A model generated the notes under the pieces. That model searched no databases. It worked only from the letters and a program-made list of their open reading frames with translations, and had not been told where the DNA came from. A stretch of DNA of 64,000 bases from Octopus sinensis (lineage: Eukaryota). The position numbers and the translations under genes are program-made. The stretch lies in assembly GCF_006345805.1 (NCBI RefSeq), contig NC_042997.1:9362001-9426000 (forward strand), given 5' to 3'. Every line of letters begins with the position of its first letter. The first letter of the stretch is position 1. Of the stretch, positions 1 through 11,965 are shown in pieces.

Positions 1-342
1 TTAGGAAGCAAGCTTCTTACCACATAGTCCCACCTGTGCTTATATATATTTATATATATATATATATGTATCTCTTCATCTCTTCATCCTTCCTCCCCCT
101 CCTAAACTACCCTGTCCCTCTCCCATGTCTTCTATATGCCCCCGTCTTCGATAACCACCATCGCCATATATAAACCAGCGACCGCAAATCGCTAAGCCCA
201 CTCGCTTTCGACTCCACTACGAATGCACAGCTCATGAACGGCTAAAGTTAAGATTTCTTCTTTCAACCTCGCTCCTACTACCCTCTGCACGTATAATCAC
301 TATTCCTTCAGTTCCTTCAATTTCTCTCTCATATTTTCCTTC

Positions 343-1080
343 AAATTGACTCTCTGATACTTTCAAACCTACTTTCTTGCTATCACGATTTTCAGTACCC
401 TCTATTCAATTTTCTTTCTTTCAGTTTTCAACATACCATTCATGTATGTTTTTCGTTTAGCTCTGTCTCGTCTCCCTATTTGCTCCCGTTTCATAGCCAC
501 TCATCGTCTCCCCTAAAAATTGACTTCTCTGATACTTCAAACCCTTTCTTGCTATCACGATTTTCAGTACCCTCTATTCATATTTTCTTTCAGTTTTCAA
601 CATACCATTCATGTAATGTTTTTCGTTTAGCCTTGTCTCGTCTCCCTATTTGCTCCCGTTTCATAGCCACTCGTCGTCCCCCTAAAAAATTGACTCCTCT
701 TTCTTTCAAACCTACTTTCTGCTATCATCACGATTTTCAGTACCCTCTATTCATATTTTCTTTCAGTTTTCAACATACCATTCATGTAATGTTTTTCGTT
801 TAGCCTTGTCTCGTCTCCCTATTTGCTCCGTTTCATAGCCACTCATCGTCTCCCCTAAAAATTGACTTCTCTGATACTTTCAAACCTACTTTCTTGCTAT
901 CACGATTTTCAGTACCCTCTATTCATATTTTCTTTCAGTTTTCAACATACCATTCATGTAATGTTTTACGTTTAGCCTTGTCTCGTCTCCCTATTGCTCC
1001 CGTTTCATAGCCACTCATCGTCTCCCCTAAAAATTGACTTCTCTGATACTTTCAAACCTACTTTCTTGCTATCACGATTA
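343..1080. repeat. ~172-bp tandem repeat, about 4.3 copies, immediately upstream of the RTE LINE ORF
   Basis: Unit start AAATTGAC recurs at about 343, 518, 688, 859 and 1031. Units are near-identical and pyrimidine-rich, and the last copy is truncated at about 1080. Confidence 0.92.
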
Positions 1081-1309
1081 ACAGAATCCTCTTGCTAGTT
1101 TGGGGTTGACCAGCCCCACCCACCCCCTCCACACATGCCGGAAGTTCCTATTCTTTTCATCCCTGGTGTTGCTTCCCTTGAAGACTGCAAATGCTCTTTC
1201 ACCATCCCTACCCCTAGTTTCGACCTAGGTAAGGTAATGATCATACAGTGCAAAATATGAATGGGTAGTGTTATGCAGGTTGAATTGAAGGCTACTGTAT
1301 TACTTGCTC

Positions 1310-4300
1310 ATGAATTCTGCCAAATGCGAGCTTTCTTTTCAGGTACATGAAGCTACTGTCCACCGACGCAGGGTCTCTAGGGCCCATACCTCCCACACCT
1401 CAGGGTTGGCACTCTCAATGTTGGCACACTGAAAGGTAGGTCTGGCGAGATAGTTGAGATGCTTGAACGGAGACGTGTGGATATGTTGTATGCAAGAAGT
1501 AAGGTGGAGAGGAGGTTCTGCTAGGTTCCTCACAGGCAAGGAACACAGGTACAAGATTTTCTGGGCAGGGAACACTGACGGGGTTGGAGGCGTGGGTATA
1601 CTTATCGCTGAGAAATGGGTAGATAAAGTAATTGAGGTAATCAGAGTATGCGACAGAATACTTAGATTAGATTAGCGCTTCATCATAGTTTAGCAACCAT
1701 TATATCAGCCTATGCTCCTCAGTCGGGGCTACCTGATGGACAGAAAGACCGATTCTATGACACTCTACTGCAGACTACCTCGTTGACGAACGACAGAGAC
1801 CTTCTCTTTGTGGCTGGTGACTTCAATGGTCACGTTGGACGACATGCTGGGGGCTTCCACGGCGTACATGGAGGCTATGGCTCTGGTTCCCGCAACGAGG
1901 AGGGAACCAGGCTGCTGGAGTTCGCGATGCAAATAATCTTATGATTTGCAGCACTAACTTCAGGAAACCTACCAGCCACCTAGTCACCTACCGATCGGGC
2001 CAACATACCAGCCAAATTGACTACATCCTTGCCAGGCAAAGGGAGAGATGGCTACTTATAAATGCCAAAACCTTCCCAGGCGAAGAATGCACCCCACAAC
2101 ATAGACTGGTAGTTAGTGACTTTAGGATCAGGAGTAGGAGGACAACCAGAAGACGACCAACATGGAGAAGAAGGATCTGGAAGCTTAAAGATCCTGTGAA
2201 TGGACAGAGATTTAGAGACATGTTACTTGAAGCCTTTGACGAAGTAGAAGGGGATAGTGTATCACATGGGGTAGAGGACAACTGGACGTTTCTAAGGGAC
2301 AACCTGCTTAGAGCCACTGGACGCTGCTAGTTAGAGCCACGTTTCTAAGGGACAACCTGCTTAGAGATCTGTGGCTGGTGCAAAGTCCCCTCTCGTCCCA
2401 AGGTAACGTGGTGGTGGAACAGTGTCGTAGACAGGGCTATTAGAGAAAAGAGACAGACTTGGAAGCACTGGAAGAGTGGTGGTAGCAGGGAATTGTATCA
2501 GACTGCTAAAAGGGAAGGTAGGAGACAGGTCTATCTAGCCAGAGGGGAAGCAGATAAGAAAAAATTTGCCAATGTTCTGTGCCGTGAGGACCAAAGACTG
2601 GAGGTGTTTCGCGTTGCAAGACAGTGTGTGAGAGAGGATTGTGATGTGGTCGGAGAGAAGTGTGTTCATGGAGATGGTTCACTTGCGCTAAACGAGGATG
2701 CAAGAGAGAGGCTTTGAGATGCCACTATGAAAGGTTGCTGAATAAAGAAAATGAATGGGATAAAGAGAGTCCTCCGAACGTTGACCACAACAGAGGGACC
2801 AGCTATCAGGGTTGATAGTTCCTTAGTAGCTAGGCAATAGAAAGCATGAAGACAGGGAAAGCCCCAGGCCATCAGGTATCACTGCAGAGATGCTCAAAAT
2901 ATCTGGTAGTGTCGGCTATAGCCTAGTCACCTGTATAGTTAATCAGGTGATACATGAAGGAGTCATACCCAATGACTGGTGTAGCAGCATAATAGTCAAC
3001 TGCTACAAAGGTAAAGGTGATGCCCTAGATACAAATAATTACAGAGGTATCAAGCTGTTGGATCAGGTGATGAAGGTTACAGAGAGGGTCATAAGCCAAC
3101 TAATTAGAGAGAGAGTTAGTTTATGAGATGCAGTTTGGTTTCGTGCCAGGGAAAAGTACCACTGATGCTATATTCCTGGTAAGAAGGCAGCTGCAGGAGA
3201 AAATACCTAGCCAAATAAGGCCATGTACCTGGCTTTTGTTGACATGGAGAAAGCCTTCGACAGGGTCCCCCGATCCCTCATATGGTGGTCAATGAGGAAA
3301 CTAGGAATAGAAGAATGGTTAGTGAGAGCTGTGCAAGCCATGTACAGGGACGCTGCTAGTAAGATGAGGGTTGGAAATGAGTACAGTGAAGAATTCCGGG
3401 TAGAGGTAGGGGTCCACCAAGGCTCAGTCCTCAGCCCCCTCCTATTTATCATAGTCCTCCAGGCAATAACGGAGGAATTCAAGACAGGATGCCCCTGGGA
3501 GCTCCTCTATGCTGATGACCTTGCTCTAATTGCTGAGTCATTATCAGAACTGGAGAAGAGTTTCAGGTGTGGAAGCATGGTTTAGAATCGAAGGGCCTTA
3601 GAGTCAACCTAGCTAAAACCAAAGTCGTAATAAGTAGGAAGGTAGACAAATCACAAACGCCTTCAGGTAGATGGCCCTGCTCGATCTGTAGAAAAGGTGT
3701 AGGTAGAAACTCTATAAGATGCACCAAGTGTAAGCTATGGACACATAAGAGGTGCAGCAATGTCATAGGAAGGCTAACTAGGAAGATGGTTTTTGTATGT
3801 GGCAGATGCTCGGGAGCATTAACCTCTGAAAATCTGCAGAAAACAACTTCCGTCACTTTCCAGGGGGAAAACTAGAAGTGGTTGATAGCTTCCATTATCT
3901 TGGTGACCAAGTCAGTAGTGGGGGTGGGTGCTGAAAGTGTAACGGCTAGAGTAAGAATAGCCTGGGCAAAGTTTAGGGAGCTCTTACCTCTGTTGGTGAC
4001 TAAAGGCCTCTCGCTCAGAGTAAAAGGCAGACTGTATGATGCATGTGTACGAACACCATGCTACATGGCAGTGAAACATGGGCCGTGACTGCTGAGGACA
4101 TGCGTAAGCTCGCGAGAATGAAGCTAGTATGCTCCGTTGGATGTGTAATGTCAGTGTTCATAGTCGACAGAGTGTAAGTACCTTGAGAGAAAAGTTGGAC
4201 CTAAGAGGAATCAGATGTTGTGTGCAAGAGAGACGATTGCGCTGGTATGGTCATGTGGTGAGAATGGATGAAGATAGGTGTGTGAAAAAGTGCCACACCC

Positions 4301-4457
4301 TGGCAGTTGAGGGGACCTGTGGAAGAGGTAGACCCAGAAAACCTGGGTCGAGGTGGTGAAGCACGACCTTCGAACTCTAGGTCTCACCAAGGAAATGACC
4401 AGAGACCGAGACCTATGGAAGTATGCTGTGCGTGAGAAGACCCGGCAAGACCAGTGA
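1310..4457 (+). pseudogene. RTE LINE ORF: APE endonuclease, reverse transcriptase and PHD-like C4HC3 finger; frameshifted as assembled
   Basis: APE motifs RVGTLNVG, MQEVRW, SAYAPQ, VAGDFNGHVG and SQIDYIL. RT motifs FVDMEKAFDRVP, GVHQGSVLSPLLF and LLYADDL. Finger CSIC..CTKC..HKRC..CGRC. First in-frame ATG at 1310 and stop TGA at 4455-4457. Confidence 0.9.
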
Positions 4458-4540
4458 GAACAATCAAATCAAATCATATATCAGAAAGCAGGGGTTAAGT
4501 GACCCATCTGTTCGTGTCCGCTGTCAGCCTCGTCTGGCAC

Positions 4541-5295
4541 CCGTGCCGGTGATACGTAAAAGCACCATTCGCTCATGGCCGTTTGCCAGCTCTGCCTGGC
4601 CCCGTGTCGGTGGCACGTAAAAGCACCATCCGTTCGTGTTCGTTGCCAGCCTCGCCTGGCCCCGTGCCGGTGACACGTAAAAGCACCGTCCGTTCGTGGC
4701 CGTTGGCCAGCTCTGTCTGGCCCCGTGTCGGTGGCACGTAAAAGCACCATCCGTTCGTGGCCATTTGCCAGCTCTGTCTGGCCCTGTGTCGGTGGCACGT
4801 AAAAGCACCATCCGTCCATGTCCGTTGCCAGCCCCGGCTGGCCCCCGTGCCGGTGACATGTAAAAGCACCGTCCGCTTGTGGCCGTTTGCCAGCTCTGTC
4901 TGGCAACCGTGTCGGTGGCACGTAAAAGCACCATCTGTTCGCGTCCGTTGCCAGCCTCGGCTGGCCCCCGTGCCGGTGACACGTAAAAGCACCATCCGCT
5001 CATGGCCGTTTGCCAGCTCTGTCTGGCAACCGTGTCGGTGGCACGTAAAAGCACCATCCGTTCGCATCCGTTGCCAGCCTCGGCTGGCCCCCGTGCCGGT
5101 GACACGTAAAAGCACCGTCCGTTCGTGGCCGGTTGCCAGCTCTGTCTGGCCCCGTGTCGGTGGCACGTAAAAGCACCATCCATTCGTGTCGTTGCCAGCA
5201 TCACTGCCCTGAGCCGGTGACACGTAAAAGCAACCATCCGTTCGTGGCCGTTCACCAGCTCTGTCTGGCACCTGTGCAGGTGGCACGTAAAAAAC
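4541..5295 (+). repeat. ~61-bp minisatellite, about 13 units, in the LINE 3' UTR with A/B higher-order alternation
   Basis: Core (G)TAAAAGCACC recurs about every 61 bp. Units mostly alternate between GTGTCGGTGGCAC..GCCTCGGCTGG and GTGCCGGTGACAC..GCTCTGTCTGG types. Confidence 0.92.
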
Positions 5296-5463
5296 CCCAC
5301 TACACTCGCGGATTGGTTGGCGTTAGGAAGGGCATCACCGTAGAAACACTGCCAGATCTGACTGGGCCTGACGAAGCCTTCCAGCTTCACACAGACCCCA
5401 GTTGACCCGTCCAACCCATGCTAGCATGGAAAACGGACGCTAAACGATGATGATGATGATGAT

Positions 5464-5466
5464 ATG

Positions 5467-5522
<56 letters not shown>

Positions 5523-5525
5523 ATA

Positions 5526-5576
<51 letters not shown>
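5464..5576. repeat. Compound microsatellite (TA)n(GA)n(CA)n
   Basis: Directly visible in the sequence. Confidence 0.95.
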
Positions 5577-5579
<3 letters not shown>

Positions 5580-6839
5580 GGTGCGATGGGTAAATTGTCA
5601 CCATTTTATATTTTAATTTTGCACATGCACATTCTTTGTTTTAGATTTTGTCAACTATACAGTATAGTAGGGTCAGCTGGGCACCATCTGGGAGAAAAAC
5701 AGTACCATGATGCAATTCATTCTGACAGTAATTTGGAAACAACATGCTGTACTGCTTGCCATTTATGCCAGAAGCTACACTACAAACATTACAGAGTGTT
5801 TGGGTGTTAATCTGAGGACAGTGCAGAGGATTCAGATAGAGCTGGATGAGTTTAATTGTGATTAAGACGGTATGGCAGCTCAGAAAACTCACTCTGATCA
5901 TTCTGATGAGAAAAGAACTCCTGAATTTGTTGGTGAAATCTAGGCCATCTTTGACAACGATCCCTCCAAATCAATCAGGTCCATTGCCAGGAACATGGGA
6001 GTGGCTGTGTTTCTTATGCAGACATTTGGTATTCCTCATACAAGTTGAGAAAGGGCCAATCAAGGATAATAAGAAAGACCATGCTATGAAGCTTTTTAAC
6101 AAACTCAAGCATTTCCTCCAACCAAACATGCTTTGGTTTTTCTCAGATGAGAAAATTTCCTGCCAGGATCAGATGGTGAACACACAGAACAACTGTTGGT
6201 CTGCTATGTCCCCAAAACCTGTTCTGAGAGTGATAAAAACCAAACATCCTGTAAACATCATGATGTTTGAAGGTATCAGTAGTGATGGCGATATTATACT
6301 TCCATTCATCTTCCCACACGGATTCAAACTCAATATGGAGGCCTACATTAAGTGTCTGGAAGAGGTAGTGCTGCCCTGGGTGAAGAAGGTGATTGCTAGA
6401 AGACCCTATGTCTTACAACAGGACTCTTCACCATGTTACAAAAGCAGGAGAACCCAGTCATGGTTGTCAGACAATTTCTGTGACCACGTCACCCCTAACA
6501 ACTGACCACCTAACTCCCAAGACTTTAACCATTTTGATTATTATGAGTGGGGTGCAGTTGAGCAAGAGACCAACAAAACTTCTTGTAACACCAAAGATGA
6601 GCTGAAGGCGAGGATTATGACAGCATTCACCAACTTAACAAGGACATGGTCCAGAAGAGTTGCAGGAGATTCTGAAGTTGTCCGGAGGCTGTGTTGGAAG
6701 CCAATGGTGATTTTATTGAATAAATTTACTCTTTCAAGATACTTTTTTGTAATTTTGGTAAATATATCTGTTAAAATGAGATGTCTGTGTTATTTGCATT
6801 TTTGCATTATTTCGATGACAGTTTATTCACCACACCCTG
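5577..6839 (+). mobile_element. Tc1/mariner DD37D (maT-type) DNA transposon, full length, transposase disrupted (about 5707-6722)
   Basis: Imperfect ~26-bp TIRs CAGGGTGCGATGGGTAAATTGTCACC / GATGACAGTTTATTCACCACACCCTG followed by TA. Motifs WFFSDEK, QQDSSPC and PNSQDFNHFDY, with 37 residues between the second and third D. In-frame stops are present. Confidence 0.9.
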
Positions 6840-6965
6840 TATATATATATATATTGATATTTATATATACAATTTAAAAATAGGATAAAATCTTTATAAG
6901 AAATTATCAAGCACTTAGCGTGAAAAACCTCATAAGGGAAAAAAATTATTAATTATTCACTTCAA

Positions 6966-7109
6966 ATATATTTATTTATATTAACGGCGCTGAGAGTTGC
7001 ATTCCCTCGTGTTTGGTAAATGTGTTTATTATCGTAGTTTTGATTTTAAGAGTCACTTCTAGCGCGAGGCATTTATGTATAGTAATGCCCTTAATATAAA
7101 TAAATATAT
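6966..7109. repeat. Short fold-back element between (TA)n tracts
   Basis: 23-bp arms at 6966-6988 and 7087-7109 with 1 mismatch, plus an inner complementary pair CCTCGTG/CGCGAGG. Confidence 0.6.
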
Positions 7110-7145
7110 ATATACACACATATATATATATATATATATACACAC

Positions 7146-7196
<51 letters not shown>

Positions 7197-8654
7197 TTTA
7201 TATGTGCATGTATGTATGTATATAGCAACAACATAAGAATAATGCAAAATGTTTCCAGACTATGACAAACAATTTATTTACTGGCGCCGCTCCAGAAAGA
7301 AAGAAATTTTTCTTCACCAGCCACCAAACAAATGATACTAAAATGTTAAATGACAAATGTCAAAGAAATATCCTGATTTCTTGCAAATTATCCAAATTCC
7401 AGGAACACATTTCCCATTTTGATATATCTTCAATATATATATTTTCATACGTATCCAGATTCCTTTATAATGTATAAATGGTTTCTCCTTTCAACCGGCT
7501 TTCATGTAGCGTTGGCTCTGTTTTTTCCACTCATTTCCGAAAACTTTACTGAAGGTGAAGTAACTGCTGAAAAAGTAAGTATATACAGATGCCAGAAATT
7601 GAAGTAGGATGGTGATAACATAATGGCTTTCAATACAGGGAAGATAGCCTAAGGATATTGGTTAAGCTTCTATTAAGGATAACATTTTGTTCTATAAAAA
7701 TGTTTTTACCCATAAAAACATATCCAACAAATACAAGCACCACAAGAGGTTTTGTTGTTATTGTTGTTCTTATTGTGTTATTATGACCAGCATTCTAGTA
7801 AACTATGCTTAGCTTTGCTCCAAAAGATTTGTCAACAAATTGAATTTTCACCCTGAAATTCACTGTGTTTCTCTGTAATTTTTTCTAATCAAGGAGTGGA
7901 TTTCTTTTGTAGACAATATGTCAACAAAAAGAAGGATCAGTAGCAATGCCATCAGACCCTTCTCTGGCTAGGGAAACGTTTTCATCTGAATTCAGAAGAT
8001 CAAGGAGATGGCCAGGCTGCAAGGCACTGAGGTTATGGCCAGTCTCATTGCTCTATATTTGGAGCCAAACACAATGGCACCGTACCTCGAAATGGACGAG
8101 GCAAACCAATTGGATGTGGAGAAAATTGAAAAGCACTCATAGGAAGTGTTCACAAAAAGTTTGTATGCTGCATTTACCAAACTAGGAAAGTTAAAGTGGA
8201 TGGGAGAGCATGTGGATATGTATATGGCAGAAATTCAGAGACTGGCCACACACTAGATTTTCAGGTAAAGGCCAGGGAAAAGCAGAGTGATTAGCATTTG
8301 TAAATGGTTTCCCTGATGAGATATCAGAGCAGCTGCAACAGCTGCTAGATGGCTAGATGTCCGTGTATGAGCTTCTGATGCGAATGCCAAGCAGGACCCT
8401 GTGTAGAATACAGTAGTGATGGCAGCTACAGGAGACAATGGTACCAGATGGTGATTGATGAGTAACATGCAGTGAAGAGCCTCTGTGGAGTAGGCAGGAC
8501 TATTTAGGGGCCAGTGTTTTAGGTAAGTGACTGCAGGGAGCTGAAGCTCAAACCAATTTGCTACTAGTGCAAGTGGAGAGGACATATTGCCAGTAACTGC
8601 AGCTTGGAGAATAATCAAAGGGAAGTTACTGCCTCATTATCTTCCCTGCAAGCA

Positions 8655-8874
8655 AATATTCTTTTCTACTCTAGGCACAAGGCCCAAAATTTTTGGAGAG
8701 GAGGCCAGTCGATTAGATAGACCCCAGTACACAACTGGCACTTTATTTATCGACCCTGAAAGGATGAAAAGCAAAGTTGACCACATCAGAATTTGAACTC
8801 AAAACACAAAGACAGACGAAATACCACTAAGCATTTTACCTGGCATGCTAACGTTTCTGCCAGCTCACCTCCTT
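8655..8874 (-). mobile_element. tRNA-derived SINE, family A (head GGCGGCGAGCTGGCAGAA, body GGTCGACTTTGCCTTTCATCC), inserted in Gypsy
   Basis: Reverse complement of the head and body seen in the copies at 10750, 54322 and 59788. Confidence 0.85.
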
Positions 8875-10749
8875 CCTCTGCATGTCAATAGAGGCATTCA
8901 TACAGTTGCTGCCTATAGTGGAATGTATTAAAAGCCCTTGTGGATATGGGCTGTACAATGACCCCAAATGGTTAAAAAGTGGAGCAGGATATAGTAGTGA
9001 GATTAGATGTAGAAGTAGCAGTGAAGTGGAGATGGTGTTTCAGGGAACAAAAATAAGGCTGCAAGCAATTGTGATCGACCATGTGGTGAATAGAGTAATG
9101 TGGTAATGGGCATGGATTTGATCAACCTCCTTGGTGGTGTCACAGCTTGTAAAGAAAGGGTTACTTTTGTGGTGCTGGGGTTCCAAACTCTGTGAGTTTG
9201 CAACAAGAGAGTGGGGAAGTTCTGAAGAGAACTGTGTTTCATACACCATCATAGACAAGGATTTTCAGACTGTTTGATGGTCAGTGTTAACAGTTGAGTA
9301 GTGCTGGAAAGGAGCGTCTCTGAATGTTGAGTAACAAAGTACACTTTTATGAGGATACCTGAAAGAAGATGCCTGGAACAAGTACAAGGGAGAGGTCGAG
9401 AGATGGATCAAGGAGGGTATTTTAATCCCTTGGAAGGAAGAAGTAAAGAGCAGAGTGCTACCACTAATGCAGCCATCAAAAAACAAGGTCAGGTTGGTAC
9501 TGGACTTTCAAGAGCTGAGTGATTATACATTGTGCTGCATGGGCAGTGAGGTTACTAATGTCTGCAGGGAAAATTTACGAAAATTGAAGCAGATGATAAG
9601 GAGTTCCACAACTGAAAACTTGAAGTCTGCATATCTGCAGCGATACATGGCTGAGAAATTATTGAAGCATCAGTTGATAAGACATACAGACCAGTCATAC
9701 TGTTTGACCAGGTTAGGTGTCAGGCTGAATTCAGCACCAAAGATCATCACAATGGTCCTCAAGTCTTTTCTGGGAAAGGTAGACAAAGCGAAAGAGGCTA
9801 CCAATTTATATATTGATGACATCTTAGTGGACAAGACCCTGGTGTCAACAACAGAAGTCACAGGTCACCTAAAGAAATTCAAACCAACAGTGAAACCACT
9901 GGAGGTAATAGTAGGAAGGTAATGGCTCTAAGTTTCATGCTGCAAAAAGATAGGGTGGGTATATTGGAATTTCAAAGGGAAAATGAGATTCTGGAACTGG
10001 GCACCAATGTGGACACATGAGAACTATTCTCAATGTGTGGGAGGCAGGTGGGTCACTATCCAGTTTTGAGGTTGTTCCAAACAGCATATAGCTACATCAA
10101 GAGATGAATGGACAGGGCAAGCTGGGGAAAGTGGGAGAATGGGAGAGAGGGCAGCGGCTATGGTCCGGGTGATCTTAGAGAGGGTAAGTGCAGACTACCC
10201 AGTAAGAGGGAGTGGGTATTTGCCTAAATAGGAGAACAGAACTATATGATGTGATGTTAGCAGCATAGAGATAGGGAGCATTCTCGAAATAGGGGGTGTC
10301 AAAGTGGAGGTCATAGTTTGGCTCAGGAAAATGGATGATTGCAAACACATCAACATGGCTGAATTGGATGCAGTGTTGAAGGGAGTCAATCTGGCTCTGA
10401 GATGAGATTGTGTACTATCAAGGTTTGAAACAATTCAGCCACTGTACTTGGATGGATGGGATCAGTGATCCCTGATGAGAGGAGTGTATGAATGAAAGGA
10501 GTGGAAAAGATGTTAATAAAGCATCACCTAAGGATTCTAGAAGAGCTAGCTTCTGAACTTGTTCTGAAATTGAACATGGTCTTTGTGCTTTGGGAAGGAA
10601 TAAGGCAGACGGCCTAACCAGGGTGAATAAAACCTGGTTGGTTGTGCCAGAGGATTCAGAGCACAGGATAGCTGCAGCATATCAGCTAAGGGACTTGGAG
10701 TTAAGAAGATTGCATATCATACATCATATGGGAGTACATAGGACCCTGT

Positions 10750-10983
10750 TAAGGTGGCGAGCTGGCAGAAATATTAGCACGAGGGCGAAATGCTTAGCAG
10801 TATTTCGTCTGTCTTTATGTTCTGAGTTCAAATTCTGCTGAGGTCGACTTTGCTTTTCATCCTTTTGGGGTCGATTAAATAAGTACCAGTTACACACTGG
10901 GGTCGATGTAATCGACTTAACCCATTTGTCTGTCCTTGTTTGTCCCCTCTGTGTTTAGCCCCTTGTGGGTAGGAAAGAAATAG
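10750..10983 (+). mobile_element. SINE family A inserted in the Gypsy integrase
   Basis: 12-bp TSD ATAGGACCCTGT at 10738-10749 and 10984-10995, and a B-box-like GAGTTCAAATTC. Confidence 0.92.
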
Positions 10984-11965
10984 ATAGGACCCTGTACCTA
11001 GCCAGGAAAGTTGACTCCAACATTACTCATCAGAGCATTCAGAAAGCAGTTGGAAGTTGTGACAGATGGCAATCCATTAACCCTGCTCCAAGTGTGCATG
11101 AGCCTGGAAACATCCCAGTGGAACACAACTGGAAATGATCAGCATTGATGTGATGCACTATTGACAGGGGACATATCTCTTGATTGTTGACTAGAGATAA
11201 GGGTGGATGGCAACATGGAGGGAAATGAAGACAAGGATTGCTGATAAAGTTGCACAAATCCTGAAAGAAGTATTCCTGGAGTGGGGCCCTGTCAATAAAT
11301 TGCTGATAAACAATGGTACTGCATTTACTTCAGAGGTGGAAAAGAAAATCCTTGATAAGTAGAACATTAACTGCTTCGTCGGAGAGGTATATAGGACAAG
11401 TGAAAATGGTATCATGGAAGGAGGACATATCTCTCCAAATGAGGCAGCATTTGTGGATATGTCACCCTAGTCAAAATAGACTGTGTTGATGCCACACAGA
11501 ATGATATTCAGATATGAATAGTAACATCTATGTACAGTATTGCAGCAACCTGTGAAAGTGAGAGAAAGAGAGAGAGCCTGCTTTGTGCAATGGGGGATCA
11601 AGTTTGGGCCAACCCTTCATGTCCACCACATATCTCAATGAGGAAAATGAATAGTACTGGCAGTAAATTCTCAAAATGTGTCTGGATGAAATGACACATC
11701 ATGTCTTGGATGACTGCAGGATTGTTGATTTGTCAGACATTGAAGGAAGAGGAGAGGTTGCAAGCAGTGCTCCATCTCTGCAGTGGTCACAGCAGGTGAG
11801 ACGTCCACCCAGGTGGGTGGCAGATTTTGACATGATGTGAGGTGTTGGGGTGATCTTTGAGGTCAGCAGGGTATGTGGGACTGAGGTGGGCTGGAAGTAT
11901 AGTGTCAGTGACACCATGCAAATAGCAAAGGGGCCTTGCTAGAAGGAGGGGAGTGAGGGAGGTCA

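Larger units (their letters stand above)
1085..5463 (+). mobile_element. Near full-length RTE-clade non-LTR retrotransposon (LINE) with (GAT)n tail; 5' boundary uncertain (may include 70-1080)
   Basis: It has a single APE-RT ORF, a 3' UTR ending GGACGCTAAAC(GAT)n at 5446-5463, and (TA)n tracts at about 41-68 and after 5464. Confidence 0.88.
7946..11965 (+). mobile_element. Decayed Ty3/Gypsy LTR retrotransposon internal region (gag, protease, RT, RNase H, integrase)
   Basis: RT at 9455-9922 (RLVLDFQEL, LKSAYLQ, NSAPKI, YIDDILV). RNase H-like CDVSSI..HINMAELDAVL at about 10250-10400. Integrase remnants (HHMGVHRTL, NNGTAFTSE, SENGIME) at about 10700-11430. RT-RH-INT order indicates Gypsy. Many stops. 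Confidence 0.85.

Noticed and set aside
343-1080. Minus-strand CGATGA-GTGGCTAT-GAAAC in each 172-bp unit, resembling a hammerhead in a retrozyme-sized tandem repeat
   Set aside because: C3 and U4 are missing, stem II is not convincing, and there is no NUH triplet or stem I.
1229-1342. GT..AG intron-like signals (AG|GTAAGG, TTTCTTTTCAG|) in the LINE 5' region
   Set aside because: The acceptor falls inside the inferred ORF (ATG 1310), and such motifs arise readily by chance without transcript evidence.
4541-5295. Regular ~61-bp repeats resembling a CRISPR array, with long ORFs over them
   Set aside because: There are no unique spacers and no cas genes, the context is eukaryotic, and the ORFs are artefacts of the repeat.
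7780-7945. Search for a 5' LTR and primer-binding site of the Gypsy element
   Set aside because: There is no similarity to the candidate 3' LTR, and no PBS could be identified.
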